Below the pieces are notes generated by a model. That model was not told the DNA's origin. It saw only the letters and a list, made by a program, of their open reading frames with translations, and ran no database searches. The position numbers and the translations under genes are program-made. DNA of 64,000 nt, taken from positions 14,371-78,370 of the forward strand of contig DASVCR010000078.1 in NCBI GenBank assembly GCA_036381515.1, in the 5' to 3' direction. This DNA comes from Gammaproteobacteria bacterium. GTDB lineage: Bacteria > Pseudomonadota > Gammaproteobacteria > Steroidobacterales > Rariloculaceae. Every line of letters starts with the position of its first letter. Positions within the stretch are counted from its first letter, which is position 1. This document shows, in pieces, positions 8,612-18,695 of the stretch.

Positions 8612-9964
8612 GTGCCACGCGTGCCGCCGCTCCACGCTGCCCTGACCGTCGCCGCGACCGCGCTCGGGCTTTTCGCCGCGGTGCACGCGCTGCTGAACAA
8701 GCGCCGACCGCAGGCCGCGTTCGGCTGGATCGCGGTCAGCCTTGCGCTGCCGTTCGTCGGCCCGCTCCTCTACTACCTCTTCGGGATCAATCGCGTCGAG
8801 AGCCGCGCGCGCGTCCTGCGCGGGACGATCGTGTCGTCGGCACCGCTCGACCCCGCCGCCGAGCTTCCGCTCGTCGGCGGCAACCGCGTCGACGCGCTCC
8901 GCAACGGCGAGGACGCGTATCCCGCGATGCTCGCGGCGATTCGCGGCGCGGAGCGCTCGATCCGGCTGTCGACGTACATCTTCGGCACGCGCGGCGTCGG
9001 CGCGGAGTTCGTCGAGGCGCTCGCGGCCGCGCGCAGGCGCGGCGTCGACGTGCGCGTGCTGCTCGACGGCGTCGGCGAGCTCTATACGTGGCCCCGTGCC
9101 GGAGCGGAGCTCCGCCGCCGCGGGGTGCGGGTCGCGCGCTTCCTGCCCCCGCGGCTGATCCCGCCGACGCTGCACGTCAACCTGCGCAATCACCGCAAGA
9201 TCCTCGTCGTCGACGGCGCGGTCGCGTTCACGGGCGGCATGAACATCGACGCACGGCATCTCGTTGGCGATCCCGCCCGCGAGCGGCCGGTCGTCGATCT
9301 GCATTTCCGGCTCGCGGGCCCCGTCGTCGCGCTCCTCGACGCGGTCTTCGTCACCGACTGGCGCTTCGCGACCGGCGAGTCGCTCCCGCCCGCGGCGCCC
9401 GGCGAGCCGTGCGGCGACGCGCTCTGCAGGGTCGTCGCGGACGGCCCTGACGAGAACCGGGATCCGCTCGTCGCGCTGCTCCTCGAAGCCGTCGCGAGCG
9501 CGCGCCGGCGCGTCGCGATCATGACGCCGTATTTCCTGCCGCCGCCGGAGCTCGTCGGCGTCATGCAGGCGACGGCGCTCCGCGGAATCGACGTCGCCGT
9601 CGTGCTGCCGGCGACGAACAATCTGCCGTACGTGCATTGGGCGACACGGCACATGCTCTGGGAGCTCCTGCTGTTCGGCGTGCGCGTCTACTATCAGCCG
9701 GGGCCGTTCGTGCACACGAAGCTGCTCGTCGTCGACGACGAGCGCGCCGTCGTCGGCTCCTGGAATCTCGATCCCCGCAGCCTGCGGCTCAACTTCGAGC
9801 TCGCCGTCGAGGTCCGGGACGCGCGCCTCGTCGACGCGCTCGCCGCTCACTTCGACGAGTGCCGCGCGCGCTCGACGCCGGTCACGCTGCGCGACGTCGA
9901 CGGCAGGCCGCTGCCCGAGCGGATCCGCGACGGCGCCGCGTGGCTCTTCACGCCGTATCTCTGA
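8612..9964 (+). CDS. cls: Cardiolipin synthase (phospholipase D family, two HKD motifs)
   Basis: Two N-terminal TM helices. HKD motifs NHRKILVVDGAVAFTGGMNI and FVHTKLLVVDDERAVVGSWNLD. Confidence 0.9.
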   Translation: MPRVPPLHAALTVAATALGLFAAVHALLNKRRPQAAFGWIAVSLALPFVGPLLYYLFGINRVESRARVLRGTIVSSAPLDPAAELPLVGGNRVDALRNGEDAYPAMLAAIRGAERSIRLSTYIFGTRGVGAEFVEALAAARRRGVDVRVLLDGVGELYTWPRAGAELRRRGVRVARFLPPRLIPPTLHVNLRNHRKILVVDGAVAFTGGMNIDARHLVGDPARERPVVDLHFRLAGPVVALLDAVFVTDWRFATGESLPPAAPGEPCGDALCRVVADGPDENRDPLVALLLEAVASARRRVAIMTPYFLPPPELVGVMQATALRGIDVAVVLPATNNLPYVHWATRHMLWELLLFGVRVYYQPGPFVHTKLLVVDDERAVVGSWNLDPRSLRLNFELAVEVRDARLVDALAAHFDECRARSTPVTLRDVDGRPLPERIRDGAAWLFTPYL

Positions 9965-10033
9965 CGGGGACCACGGGTCCGCATGCTCGCTCTGTGGTAG
10001 CCTGTGCGCATCTTCGAATGCGGCGAGCTGGGA

Positions 10034-10510
10034 ATGAAAGGCAACGACGACGTAGTGGCGATGTTGAACAAGGTGCTCTACAACGAGCTCACCGCGATCA
10101 ACCAGTACTTCCTGCACTCGCGCATGCTGGCCAACTGGGGCGTCACGAAGCTCGCGAAGTACGAGTACGAGGAGTCCCTGGACGAGATGCGCCACGCCGA
10201 CAAGCTGATCGAGCGCATCCTGTTCCTCGAAGGCCTGCCGAACCTGCAGGACCTCGGCAAGCTCTTCATCGGGGAGGACGTCGAGGAGATCCTGCAGTGC
10301 GATCTGCGTCAAGAGCAGCTCGCGATCCCCCTGCTCAGGGAAGGGATCGCGCTATGCGAGCGCGCGAACGACTACGTGTCCCGCCGCCTGCTCGAGGAGA
10401 TCCTCGCTAACGAAGAGGAGCACGTGGACAAGCTCGAGGCTCAGTTCGAGCTGATAAAGCGCGTGGGTCTTCAGAACTACGTTCAGCTGCAGAGCGACCC
10501 GGCGGAGTAG
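10034..10510 (+). CDS. bfr: Bacterioferritin
   Basis: [59 protein letters not shown]: ferroxidase ligands and haem Met in canonical positions; 158 aa. Confidence 0.95.
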   Translation: MKGNDDVVAMLNKVLYNELTAINQYFLHSRMLANWGVTKLAKYEYEESLDEMRHADKLIERILFLEGLPNLQDLGKLFIGEDVEEILQCDLRQEQLAIPLLREGIALCERANDYVSRRLLEEILANEEEHVDKLEAQFELIKRVGLQNYVQLQSDPAE

Positions 10511-10587
10511 GCGCGGACTTGCGTGCCGGCAGGAGCCCCGCGTGCTCGAGCACGTCGAGCACGATGCCGGGACGCAGTCCTCGCCAG

Positions 10588-10791
10588 CTATGCAACCTCG
10601 GAGACCTCCACCGCGCGATCGTCCAGCGTCGCGTGCACTTCCTCGATGACCTGCTTCGCCACCTCGAGGCAGCGGCCGCACCGGACCGGCTTGCCCAGGC
10701 GGCGGTAGATCTCGGGCGCGGAACGGAGCCCCTCGCGGGCCGCGTCGCGGATGTCGCTGTCGCGATGGCCGTTGCAGATGCAGATGTACAT
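10588..10791 (-). CDS. bfd: Bacterioferritin-associated ferredoxin
   Basis: MYICICNG...CGRC pattern (BFD-like [2Fe-2S]); 67 aa; convergent with bfr. Confidence 0.85.
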   Translation of the reverse strand: MYICICNGHRDSDIRDAAREGLRSAPEIYRRLGKPVRCGRCLEVAKQVIEEVHATLDDRAVEVSEVA

Positions 10792-10812
10792 GGCGCCTAG
10801 GATGGGCGCGTT

Positions 10813-10831
10813 GCGAACGATTGTCAATTGC
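10813..10831 (-). promoter_or_regulatory. Candidate Fur box upstream of bfd
   Basis: Only AT-rich patch in the bfd upstream region. The minus-strand read GCAATTGACAATCGTTCGC matches the 19-nt Fur consensus GATAATGATAATCATTATC at 12/19 positions. Confidence 0.35.
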
Positions 10832-10936
10832 GTTTTGCCCGGCGCCCGAGCGGCGTCCGCTTTCCAGACGGGGTCAGCCCCGAGCGCCGGCTGGCTGAAG
10901 GGGTCGACCTTGAGCGGCGGCCGCTGGCGGACGGGG

Positions 10937-12139
10937 TTAGCCCCGGGCGGCGGCCGCGTCCGGCCGGGACGAGTCGCGAGCCGCGGCGGCGAGGTACTCG
11001 AGCGCGGATGCGACGCCGCCGGCCCGGTGCGGGACGCCGGCGAGCTCGAGGCCCATCTCGACGCCGGACAGTGTCCCGGCGAGCATCAGGTCGTTGAAGC
11101 TGCCGAGATGCCCGATCCTGAAGACCTTGCCGGCGATCCTGCCGAGGCCGGCGCCGAGCGACAGATCGAACGCGGCGAGGGTCTTGCGCCTGAACTCATC
11201 CGCATCGTGCCCGTCCGGCATCAGCACGGCGGTCAGCGAGTTGCTGCGCTCGTCGGGAACGACGCACCAGTTCTCGAGCCCCCACGCGTCGACCGCGCGG
11301 CGCGTCGCCTCGGCATGGCGGGCGTGGCGTGCGAACACGGTGTCGAGCCCCTCCTCGAGCAGCATCGCGATCGCCTCGCGAAGGCCGAACAGCAGGTTCG
11401 TCGACGGCGTGTACGGGAAGAAGCCTTTCGCGTTCGCGGCGAGCATCTCGTGCCAGTCCCAGTACGTGCTCCGGCAGCGCAGCGCCTTCGCGGCCGCAAG
11501 CGCCTTGTCCGACACCGCGTTGAACGCGAGCCCCGGTGGCAGCATCAGCCCCTTCTGCGAGCCCGCGACCGTCACGTCGACGCCCCATTCGTCCATTCGG
11601 TAGTCGATCGAGCCGAGCGACGAGATCGTGTCGACGAGGAGGAGCGCGGGATGGTTCGCGGCGTCGAGCGCGCGCCGCACGCGGTCGATCCGCGTGACCG
11701 CGCCGGTCGACGTCTCGTTGTGCACGACGCAGACCGCCTTGATGCGGTGGGCGCGGTCCTCCGCGAGGCGCGCCTCGATCGCCGCCGCGTCGGCGCCTCG
11801 CCGCCAGTCGGTCTCGATCGAGACGATCTCGAGCCCGAGACGGGCGCCGAGCTTCGCCCACGTGGCCGCGAAATGGCCCGTCTCGCACATCAGCACCGCG
11901 TCGCCCGGCGCGAGCACGTTCACGAGCGCGGCCTCCCACGCGCCCGTGCCGGACGCCGAGTAGATCACGACCGGATGACGGGTCCTGAAGATCGTGCGGA
12001 TCTCGGCAAGCACGTCGCGCGCGAGCGCGGCGAACTCGGGCCCGCGGTGGTCGATCGTCGGCCGATCGATCGCGCGCAGGATCCGGTCCGGCACGTTGGT
12101 CGGACCGGGGATCTGCAGGAAATGCCGCCCGCTGCGCAC
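10937..12139 (-). CDS. Class V aminotransferase, serine-glyoxylate / alanine-glyoxylate type
   Basis: GRHFLQIPGPTNVPDRILRA N-terminus; SGTGAWEAAL; PLP-lysine context VAGSQKGLMLPPG. GTG start at 12139 lies 2 nt after the TAA of the upstream PQQ gene. Confidence 0.85.
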   Translation of the reverse strand: MRSGRHFLQIPGPTNVPDRILRAIDRPTIDHRGPEFAALARDVLAEIRTIFRTRHPVVIYSASGTGAWEAALVNVLAPGDAVLMCETGHFAATWAKLGARLGLEIVSIETDWRRGADAAAIEARLAEDRAHRIKAVCVVHNETSTGAVTRIDRVRRALDAANHPALLLVDTISSLGSIDYRMDEWGVDVTVAGSQKGLMLPPGLAFNAVSDKALAAAKALRCRSTYWDWHEMLAANAKGFFPYTPSTNLLFGLREAIAMLLEEGLDTVFARHARHAEATRRAVDAWGLENWCVVPDERSNSLTAVLMPDGHDADEFRRKTLAAFDLSLGAGLGRIAGKVFRIGHLGSFNDLMLAGTLSGVEMGLELAGVPHRAGGVASALEYLAAAARDSSRPDAAAARG

Positions 12140-12141
12140 GC

Positions 12142-13941
12142 TTACCGCTCGGGCAGCGCGAACACGTTGAGCGAGTTGCCGCGATTCTCGGGCACGGTGA
12201 AGCCGGCGGGCCCCGCGACCCACTGCGCGCCGGTCAGCTGCTCGCCGTTCACGACCGCGACGTACTGCTTGCCGTCGACCGCGTACGTGATCGTGCTGTT
12301 CTGCACGGTCGCGCCCAGCGGCTCGGACTCCCACAGGATCTCGCCCGTCTCCGCGTCGAACGCGCGCAGCACCTGCCCGATGTCGCCCCAGAACACGAGG
12401 CCGCCGGCCGTCGCGAGCACCGCGCCCGCGCCGGCCGCCCTGCCCTCGTAGAGCCTGTGGATCTCGCCGGTCGTCATGTCGATGCGTGCGAGCCCGGCGA
12501 ACCTCTCGGGATCGGCGCCGGGGCGCAGCGCCCCCGTGCGCCGCTCGCCGGCGCCGCCGGGGACCGCGCGGGTCATGTCGAGGCAAAGGTCCGTGTACGG
12601 CACATACAACGAATTCGTGCCGGGGTGATACGCCGTCGGCCAGTAGCTGCGCGTGTTCCAGAAGCAGATCAGGCTGTTCGCGCCGGGCTCCTTCAGCACG
12701 AGGTCCCAGTTGATGTAGGTCGTGCCGGTTTCCTCGTCGATGTCCGACAGGATGAAATGCGGCGTGTCGTACGGGAACGGCGTCGCCCACAGAAATTCGC
12801 CGGTGCGCCGGTCGTTGACCCAGATGCCTCCGCCCTCGCCGACCGTGACGACGACGTCGCGCTCGGCGCCGCGCTCGAGCTTCGTGCTGATCCACTTCAC
12901 GTGCTCGGGATCGGGATCGACGACCGTGCGGATCAGCACCTTCTCCTGGTTGATGTCCATGTCCCAGTCGTCGCCCGGCAGATGCTGGTAGTACCAGACG
13001 AGCTCGCCGGTATCGACATCGAGCGCGACCGTCGAGTTGCTGTAGAGGTCGGCGGGCGCGTGGCGCGGGATCGCCTCGGGATCGCCGCCGTGCCGGTCCG
13101 CGCGCGTGTTCGGCATCGGGTTCGAGATGCCCCAGTACACGATGCCGAGCTCCGGGTCGTACGTCCCGGGGAGCCCCCACGTGGACGCGCGCCGCTCGCT
13201 CGGCGGCGTGCCGCCCCACGAGTCGTCGCCCGGCTCGCCGGCGCCGGGCGTCGTGTAGAAGCGCCACACCTCTTCGCCGGTCTTCGCGTCGTGCGCGACG
13301 ATGTAGCACTGCTCGCGGGAGCTGTTGCACGTGCGGCCCGAGATCACCTTGCCGTCCGCGACGATCGCGCCTGAAGTGTGCGTCTCGATCGAGACCTCAG
13401 TCTGCCAGCGGACCTCGCCCGTCGCGGCGTCGAGCGCGACGACCGAGTTCGGCTCGTTGCGCGGCGCGGGCGCGGTGAAGTAGATCATGTCGTCGTAGAT
13501 CGCGAGCGCCTTGATGCGCGACGACGTGCGCCCCTCGGGCGTATACCTCCAAAGCTCGTCGCCGGTTGCCGCATCGAGCGCGAGCACCTCGCTCGGCCCC
13601 TCGCGCCCGCCCGGCGTGACGAGGTACATCACGCCCTCGTAGACGAGCGGGATGATCTCGATCGTCCCGGGCGGGAGCGGCATCGTCCATGCCTTCTCCA
13701 GGTTCGCAACGTTGTCGCGATTGATCTGATCGAGCGGGCTGAAGCGCTGTGCGTCGTACGTGCGGCTGTACATCAGCCAGTCCGCCGCATCGGGCCGCTC
13801 GAGCACCTCGTCGTTCACGGGAGCCGCCGCGACGGCCGCGAGCCTGTCGGTCTGCGGCGCCGAGGTCTGCGCCGCCGCGAGCGCGGACGCGAGCACCGAA
13901 AGGCATCCGATGGAGATCATGTCGAGGCGCTTCGTGCTCAT
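12142..13941 (-). CDS. Periplasmic PQQ-dependent dehydrogenase-like beta-propeller protein
   Basis: Signal peptide. Contains WLMYSRTYDAQRFSPLDQINRDNVANLEKAW and repeated A.D..TGE..W propeller motifs. No vicinal Cys-Cys and no haem motif. Confidence 0.8.
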   Translation of the reverse strand: MSTKRLDMISIGCLSVLASALAAAQTSAPQTDRLAAVAAAPVNDEVLERPDAADWLMYSRTYDAQRFSPLDQINRDNVANLEKAWTMPLPPGTIEIIPLVYEGVMYLVTPGGREGPSEVLALDAATGDELWRYTPEGRTSSRIKALAIYDDMIYFTAPAPRNEPNSVVALDAATGEVRWQTEVSIETHTSGAIVADGKVISGRTCNSSREQCYIVAHDAKTGEEVWRFYTTPGAGEPGDDSWGGTPPSERRASTWGLPGTYDPELGIVYWGISNPMPNTRADRHGGDPEAIPRHAPADLYSNSTVALDVDTGELVWYYQHLPGDDWDMDINQEKVLIRTVVDPDPEHVKWISTKLERGAERDVVVTVGEGGGIWVNDRRTGEFLWATPFPYDTPHFILSDIDEETGTTYINWDLVLKEPGANSLICFWNTRSYWPTAYHPGTNSLYVPYTDLCLDMTRAVPGGAGERRTGALRPGADPERFAGLARIDMTTGEIHRLYEGRAAGAGAVLATAGGLVFWGDIGQVLRAFDAETGEILWESEPLGATVQNSTITYAVDGKQYVAVVNGEQLTGAQWVAGPAGFTVPENRGNSLNVFALPER

Positions 13942-14084
13942 GCCGATTTCCTTAGCTTCTTATCGTTAAAGGACGCCGGACGCGCGTCCGACGGCGCATG
14001 ATCCGCCCGAAGATTACTATGAACGCGGCGACCGGCGCTCGCCGACCGACGTACGCAGTCGTTCGGATGGGCACGGCGAACCGG

Positions 14085-15485
14085 TCAGCGTTCGCCCCAC
14101 CCGCCGCCGAGCGCAAGAAACAGCTCCACCTCGAGCTGGGCCGTCTGCGCGACCGAGCGCGCGAGCGCGGCCTCGGCCTCGGCCAGCGCGAGATCCGCCT
14201 GCAGCACGTCGAGGAAGCTGACCTGCCCCGCATCGAAACGCGCGCGCGCGAGCCGCGCCGCGTCCGCCGCGTGCCCGCGCGCGGCCGAAAGCGCGTCGCG
14301 CCGCTCGAGCTCCTTCGAGTAATCGACGAGCGCGCTCTCAACCTCGCGGAGCGCGTTCAGCCATGCGCCGTCGAACGCCGCGAGCGCCGCGTCCGCGTCG
14401 GCCTCGGCCTGCGCGAGCCGCGCGCGCACGATCGTGCGGTTCGGAAAGCTGAACCTGACGAGCGGCCCGAAGCTCCAGCGCGACGCGTCGCCGCTGTCGA
14501 GATCCGACGCCGCGAGCGCGACGGCGCCGGTCGACCCGGCGAGGCTCACGCTCGGATAGAGGTCCGCCGTCGCGACGCCGATCCGGGCCGTCGCGGCCGC
14601 GAGCCGACGCTCGGCCTCGCGGATGTCCGGCCGTCGCGCGAGCAGCGCGGCGCCGTCGCCGACGGCGATCGGCGCGTCGAGCGTCGGCGGCGTCCGGCAC
14701 TCGGCCGCCTCGGGCGGGAAATCCGTCGGCGCGCGTCCCATCAGCACCGCGAGGCGGTAGAGCGCGCTCCGATGCGCGGCCTCGAGCGTCGGGATCGTCG
14801 CGCGCGTCCGCTCCGCCGCCGCGGACGCACGCGCGACGTCGAGCGCCGTCCCGCGCCCGGCCGCGTAGAGGCGCTGCGTCAGCGCTTCCGTCTCGCGCTG
14901 CAGCGCGAGGCTCCTCTCCGCCGCCTCGAGCTCGAGCCGCGCCGCGCACGCCGCGACGTACGCGCGCGCCGTTTCCGCCGCGACCGTGATCTGGACCGTG
15001 TGATAGACCGCCTCGACCGCTTCGGCGTCGGCCCTCGCCGCCTGCACCGCGCGGCGCACGCGGCCGAAGAGATCGACCTGATACGACACGTCGAGGCCGA
15101 CGTCGTAGATCGTGTCCTCGAACGCGAAGCCCTGCTGCACGACGTTCTGCCGCCCGCTCGTCGCGCCCGCGCCGAACGTCGTCGTCGGCAGCCGGCCGCC
15201 GCGCGCCTCGGCGAGCAGCGCGCTCGCGCGGGCGAGATTCGCCGCGGCCCGGCGCAGGTCCGTGTTCGCGTCGAGCGCCTCGCCGATCGCCGCGTCGAGG
15301 ACCGGGTCGTCGTAGAGCCGCCACCAGTCGTCCGCCGGCGCGTCCTGACGGAACGCGTCGACGTCGGCGCCGGCGAAGGGCGCGACCGCGGCGGGCGCGG
15401 GCTCGGGTGCGCGGTAGTCGGGACCGACGGCGCAGCCGGCGCACGCGAGCGCGACGGCGAGCGCGACGTAACCCATGCGCCTCAT
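14085..15485 (-). CDS. RND efflux outer-membrane factor lipoprotein (NodT/OprM family)
   Basis: Lipobox LACAGC followed by AVGPDYRAP; two OEP repeats. ATG 15485 overlaps the pump stop (ATGA). Confidence 0.9.
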   Translation of the reverse strand: MRRMGYVALAVALACAGCAVGPDYRAPEPAPAAVAPFAGADVDAFRQDAPADDWWRLYDDPVLDAAIGEALDANTDLRRAAANLARASALLAEARGGRLPTTTFGAGATSGRQNVVQQGFAFEDTIYDVGLDVSYQVDLFGRVRRAVQAARADAEAVEAVYHTVQITVAAETARAYVAACAARLELEAAERSLALQRETEALTQRLYAAGRGTALDVARASAAAERTRATIPTLEAAHRSALYRLAVLMGRAPTDFPPEAAECRTPPTLDAPIAVGDGAALLARRPDIREAERRLAAATARIGVATADLYPSVSLAGSTGAVALAASDLDSGDASRWSFGPLVRFSFPNRTIVRARLAQAEADADAALAAFDGAWLNALREVESALVDYSKELERRDALSAARGHAADAARLARARFDAGQVSFLDVLQADLALAEAEAALARSVAQTAQLEVELFLALGGGWGER

Positions 15486-18400
15486 GCCGCCCTCCTTCGC
15501 ATCGACGCGAGCTTGCGGCAGACGACGTAGAAGACCGGCGTGAAGATCAGGCCGAACAGGGTCACGCCGATCATGCCGAAGAACACGGCCGTGCCGAGCG
15601 CCTGGCGCATCTCCTTGCCCGGCCCCTCCGCGATCGCGAGCGGCAGCACGCCCAGGATGAACGCGAACGACGTCATCAGGATCGGGCGAAGCCGCGTGCG
15701 CGCCGCCGCGATCGCCGCATCGAAGCGCGACATGCCGTCCCGCTCCTCGTACTGGCGCGCGAACTCGACGATCAGGATCGCGTTCTTCGCCGCGAGCGCG
15801 ATCAGCACGACGAGTCCGATCTGCGTCAGGATGTTCACGTCCATGCCGCGCAGGTTCACGCCGAGGATCGCCGCGAGCAGGCACATCGGCACGATCAGGA
15901 TCACGGACAGCGGCAGCATGAACGCCTCGTACTGCGCCGCGAGCACGAGGAACGCGAACACGACGGCGAGCCCGAACACGAGAATGCCGGTGTTGCCGGC
16001 GAGCCGCTCCTGGAACGCGATGTCGGTCCATTCGAAGCTCATGCCCGGCGGCAGCCGCTCGGCCGCGAGCTCCTCCATCGCGTCGAGCGCCTGCGCCGAC
16101 GAATAGCCCGGCGCCGCCTGCCCGCGAATGTCCGCGGTCGGGAACAGGTTATGGCGGATCACGCGCGTCGCGCCGGAGTCCTCTCGGAGCTCGATGACCG
16201 ACGCGAGCGGCACCATCTCTCCGGACACGGAGCGCACGTGCAGGTTCAGAATGTCGGAGCGGTCGTTCCTGTGGGTCGGCTCGGCCTGCGCGATCACCTG
16301 ATACGTGCGGCCGAACAGGTTCAGGTCGTTCACGTAGATCGACCCGAGGTACACGTTCATCGTGCTGTAGACGTCGGCGGGATGGACGCCCAAAAGCTGC
16401 GCCTTGTCGCGGTCGAGCTCGGCGAAGAGCCTGGGCGCGCCGGTGCTGAACTGGCTGAACGCGCCGACGATCTCGGGCCGCTGCGCCGCCGCCGCGACGA
16501 GATCGTTCGCGGCCGCCTCGAGCGCCGCGTAGTTCGCGCCGGTGCGGTCCTGGATCATCATGCGCCAGCCGCCGCCGTTGCCCATGCCCTGCACCGTCGG
16601 CGGCGGGATCACGACGATCGACGCGCCCTGGATCGCCGCGAGGCGCTGCGTCAGCACCTGGCTCAGCTCCACCGCGGTCACGCCTTCCCGCTCGCGCTCC
16701 TCGAACGACGCGAGCCGCGCGAACAGCGCGCCCGAGTTCGACTCGAGCGACGAGCTCGCCGCGTTGTAGCCCGAGAACGCGACGACCTCTGAGATGCCCG
16801 GCAGGTCCTCGACGATCGCCATCGCCTGCTGCATGACCTCGTTCGTGCGCGCGGACGCCGCCCCAGGCGGCAGCGTGATCACGCCGATCAGCGCGCCCTG
16901 GTCCTGCTCGGGGATGAAGCCGCTCGGCGTCGCGACGAAGCGCCAGCCGGTGAGCGCGAGGAGCCCCGCGTAGAGCACGAGCATCATCGCGGCGTGGCGG
17001 ACCGTTCGCGCGGTCAACCAGCCGTACCGCTCGCCGAGCCGGTCGAAGTAGTGGTTGAACGCGGCGCCGGCGCGGCGCAGCGGCGCGAGCCACCGCGGGC
17101 CGTGCGCCTCGTGCGCGTCGCCCGCCGCGTGCGGCCTGAGCAGCACGGCCGCCATCGCCGGCGTCAGCGTCAGCGACAGGAGCAGCGAGATCACCGCGGC
17201 CGCGGAGATCGTCACGGCGAACTGGCGGTAGAAGAGCCCCGGGATGCCGGCGACGAACGCGGTCGGGATGAACACGGAAAGCAGCACGAGACCGATCGCG
17301 ATCAGCGCGCCCGACACCTCGTCCATCGTCCGGTGCGCGGCCTCGCGCGGCGTGAGCCCGGCGCGGATGTTCCGCTCGACGTTCTCGACGACGACGATCG
17401 CGTCGTCGACGACGATGCCGACCGCGAGCACGAGCGCGAAGAGCGCGAGTGAGTTCAGCGAGTAGCCGAGCACGAGCAGCGCGGCCATCGCGCCGATCAG
17501 CGCGACCGGGATCACGACGATCGGAATGATCGCGGCGCGCCACGTCTGCAGGAACACGACGATGACGACGACGACGAGCAGCACGGCCTCGAGCAGCGTC
17601 TCCTGCACGGCGCCGATCGACGCCTCGACGAACTCGGTCGGGTTGTACGGAACGCTGTAGGTCACGCCGGGCGGGAACTCGGGCAGCATCGCCTCGAGCT
17701 CGGCGAGCACCGCGTTCGCGGCCGCGAGCTCGTTCGACTCGGGCTGCGCGATGATCGCCATGCCGATCGTCGGCAGCCCCCCGCTCGAGTACGCGCTGAC
17801 CGAGAAGTCCTGACGCGTCAGCTCCGCGCGGCCGACGTCCTTGAGCCGCGTCACGGCGCCGTCCGCGGCGACCTTGATGATCACGTCCTCGAACTCGGCC
17901 GGGTCCTCGAGCCGCCCCTGCATCTGGATCGGCAGCAGGAACGCGGCCTCGTGCTTGTCCATCGGCGCCTGGCCGATCGAGCCCGCCGCGACCTGCACGT
18001 TCTGCGTCCTGAGCGCCTGCACGATCTCCATCGCGGTCAGGTTGCGCGCGGCCGCGCGGTCCGGGTCGATCCAGATCCGCATCGCGTAGTCGCCGCCGCC
18101 GAACACGCGCACGTCGCCGACGCCGTCGATGCGCAGCAGCCGGTCGCGCACGACCGTGTTCGCCCAGTTGCCCATGTAGTCGACGTCGACGTCGGGGTCC
18201 GACGACTTCATCGTGACGAGCATCAGGAAGCCCGGCGCCTGCTTCGAGACGACGACGCCGAGCGCGCGCACCTGCTCGGGCAGGCGCGGCTCCGCGACCG
18301 CGACGCGGTTCTGCACCTGCACCTGCGCGGTGTCGAGGTCGGTCCCCTGCTCGAACGCGATCAGGATCTGCGACTGCCCGTTCGCGACCGCGGTCGACGT

Positions 18401-18640
18401 CATGTACAGCATGTTCTCCACGCCGTTGATCTGCTGCTCGAGCGGCGCGAGCACGGTCTCGGACACGATCTCGGCGGATGCACCGGGATAGGTCACGGCG
18501 ACGCTGATCGTCGGCGGCGCGATCTGCGGGAACTGCGCGACGGGCAGGAGCGGATACGAGAACGCGCCGACGAGCGTGATCACGATCGCGATCACGGTCG
18601 CGAAAATCGGGCGGTCGACGAAGAAGTGCGCTAGACGCAT
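15482..18640 (-). CDS. RND multidrug efflux permease (HAE1, AcrB/MexB-like)
   Basis: 1052 aa; MRLAHFFVDRPIFATVIAIVITLVG N-terminus; 12-TM architecture with two large periplasmic loops. Confidence 0.95.
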   Translation of the reverse strand: MRLAHFFVDRPIFATVIAIVITLVGAFSYPLLPVAQFPQIAPPTISVAVTYPGASAEIVSETVLAPLEQQINGVENMLYMTSTAVANGQSQILIAFEQGTDLDTAQVQVQNRVAVAEPRLPEQVRALGVVVSKQAPGFLMLVTMKSSDPDVDVDYMGNWANTVVRDRLLRIDGVGDVRVFGGGDYAMRIWIDPDRAAARNLTAMEIVQALRTQNVQVAAGSIGQAPMDKHEAAFLLPIQMQGRLEDPAEFEDVIIKVAADGAVTRLKDVGRAELTRQDFSVSAYSSGGLPTIGMAIIAQPESNELAAANAVLAELEAMLPEFPPGVTYSVPYNPTEFVEASIGAVQETLLEAVLLVVVVIVVFLQTWRAAIIPIVVIPVALIGAMAALLVLGYSLNSLALFALVLAVGIVVDDAIVVVENVERNIRAGLTPREAAHRTMDEVSGALIAIGLVLLSVFIPTAFVAGIPGLFYRQFAVTISAAAVISLLLSLTLTPAMAAVLLRPHAAGDAHEAHGPRWLAPLRRAGAAFNHYFDRLGERYGWLTARTVRHAAMMLVLYAGLLALTGWRFVATPSGFIPEQDQGALIGVITLPPGAASARTNEVMQQAMAIVEDLPGISEVVAFSGYNAASSSLESNSGALFARLASFEEREREGVTAVELSQVLTQRLAAIQGASIVVIPPPTVQGMGNGGGWRMMIQDRTGANYAALEAAANDLVAAAAQRPEIVGAFSQFSTGAPRLFAELDRDKAQLLGVHPADVYSTMNVYLGSIYVNDLNLFGRTYQVIAQAEPTHRNDRSDILNLHVRSVSGEMVPLASVIELREDSGATRVIRHNLFPTADIRGQAAPGYSSAQALDAMEELAAERLPPGMSFEWTDIAFQERLAGNTGILVFGLAVVFAFLVLAAQYEAFMLPLSVILIVPMCLLAAILGVNLRGMDVNILTQIGLVVLIALAAKNAILIVEFARQYEERDGMSRFDAAIAAARTRLRPILMTSFAFILGVLPLAIAEGPGKEMRQALGTAVFFGMIGVTLFGLIFTPVFYVVCRKLASMRRRAA

Positions 18641-18695
18641 AGGCGATGAGGCCTCGCTGGCGGTGGCAGCGGTTCGGAGAGAAGGCGCCGACGCC

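Noticed and set aside
10541-10554. The palindrome CGTGCTCGAGCACG as a bfr/bfd terminator.
   Set aside because: It folds to only a 5-bp stem with a 4-nt loop and has no U-tract, which is too weak to call.
10937-13330. 797-aa ORF suggesting one large protein.
   Set aside because: Only the C-terminal 400 aa (from GTG 12139) match an aminotransferase. The upstream part is an out-of-frame shadow of the PQQ gene, which has its own frame, signal peptide and stop at 12142.
12142-13941. Methanol/ethanol dehydrogenase (MxaF/XoxF/ExaA) call for the 599-aa PQQ protein.
   Set aside because: The adjacent Cys-Cys disulfide characteristic of that clade is absent, and no cytochrome cL or MxaJ-like partner is nearby. 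The call is kept generic.
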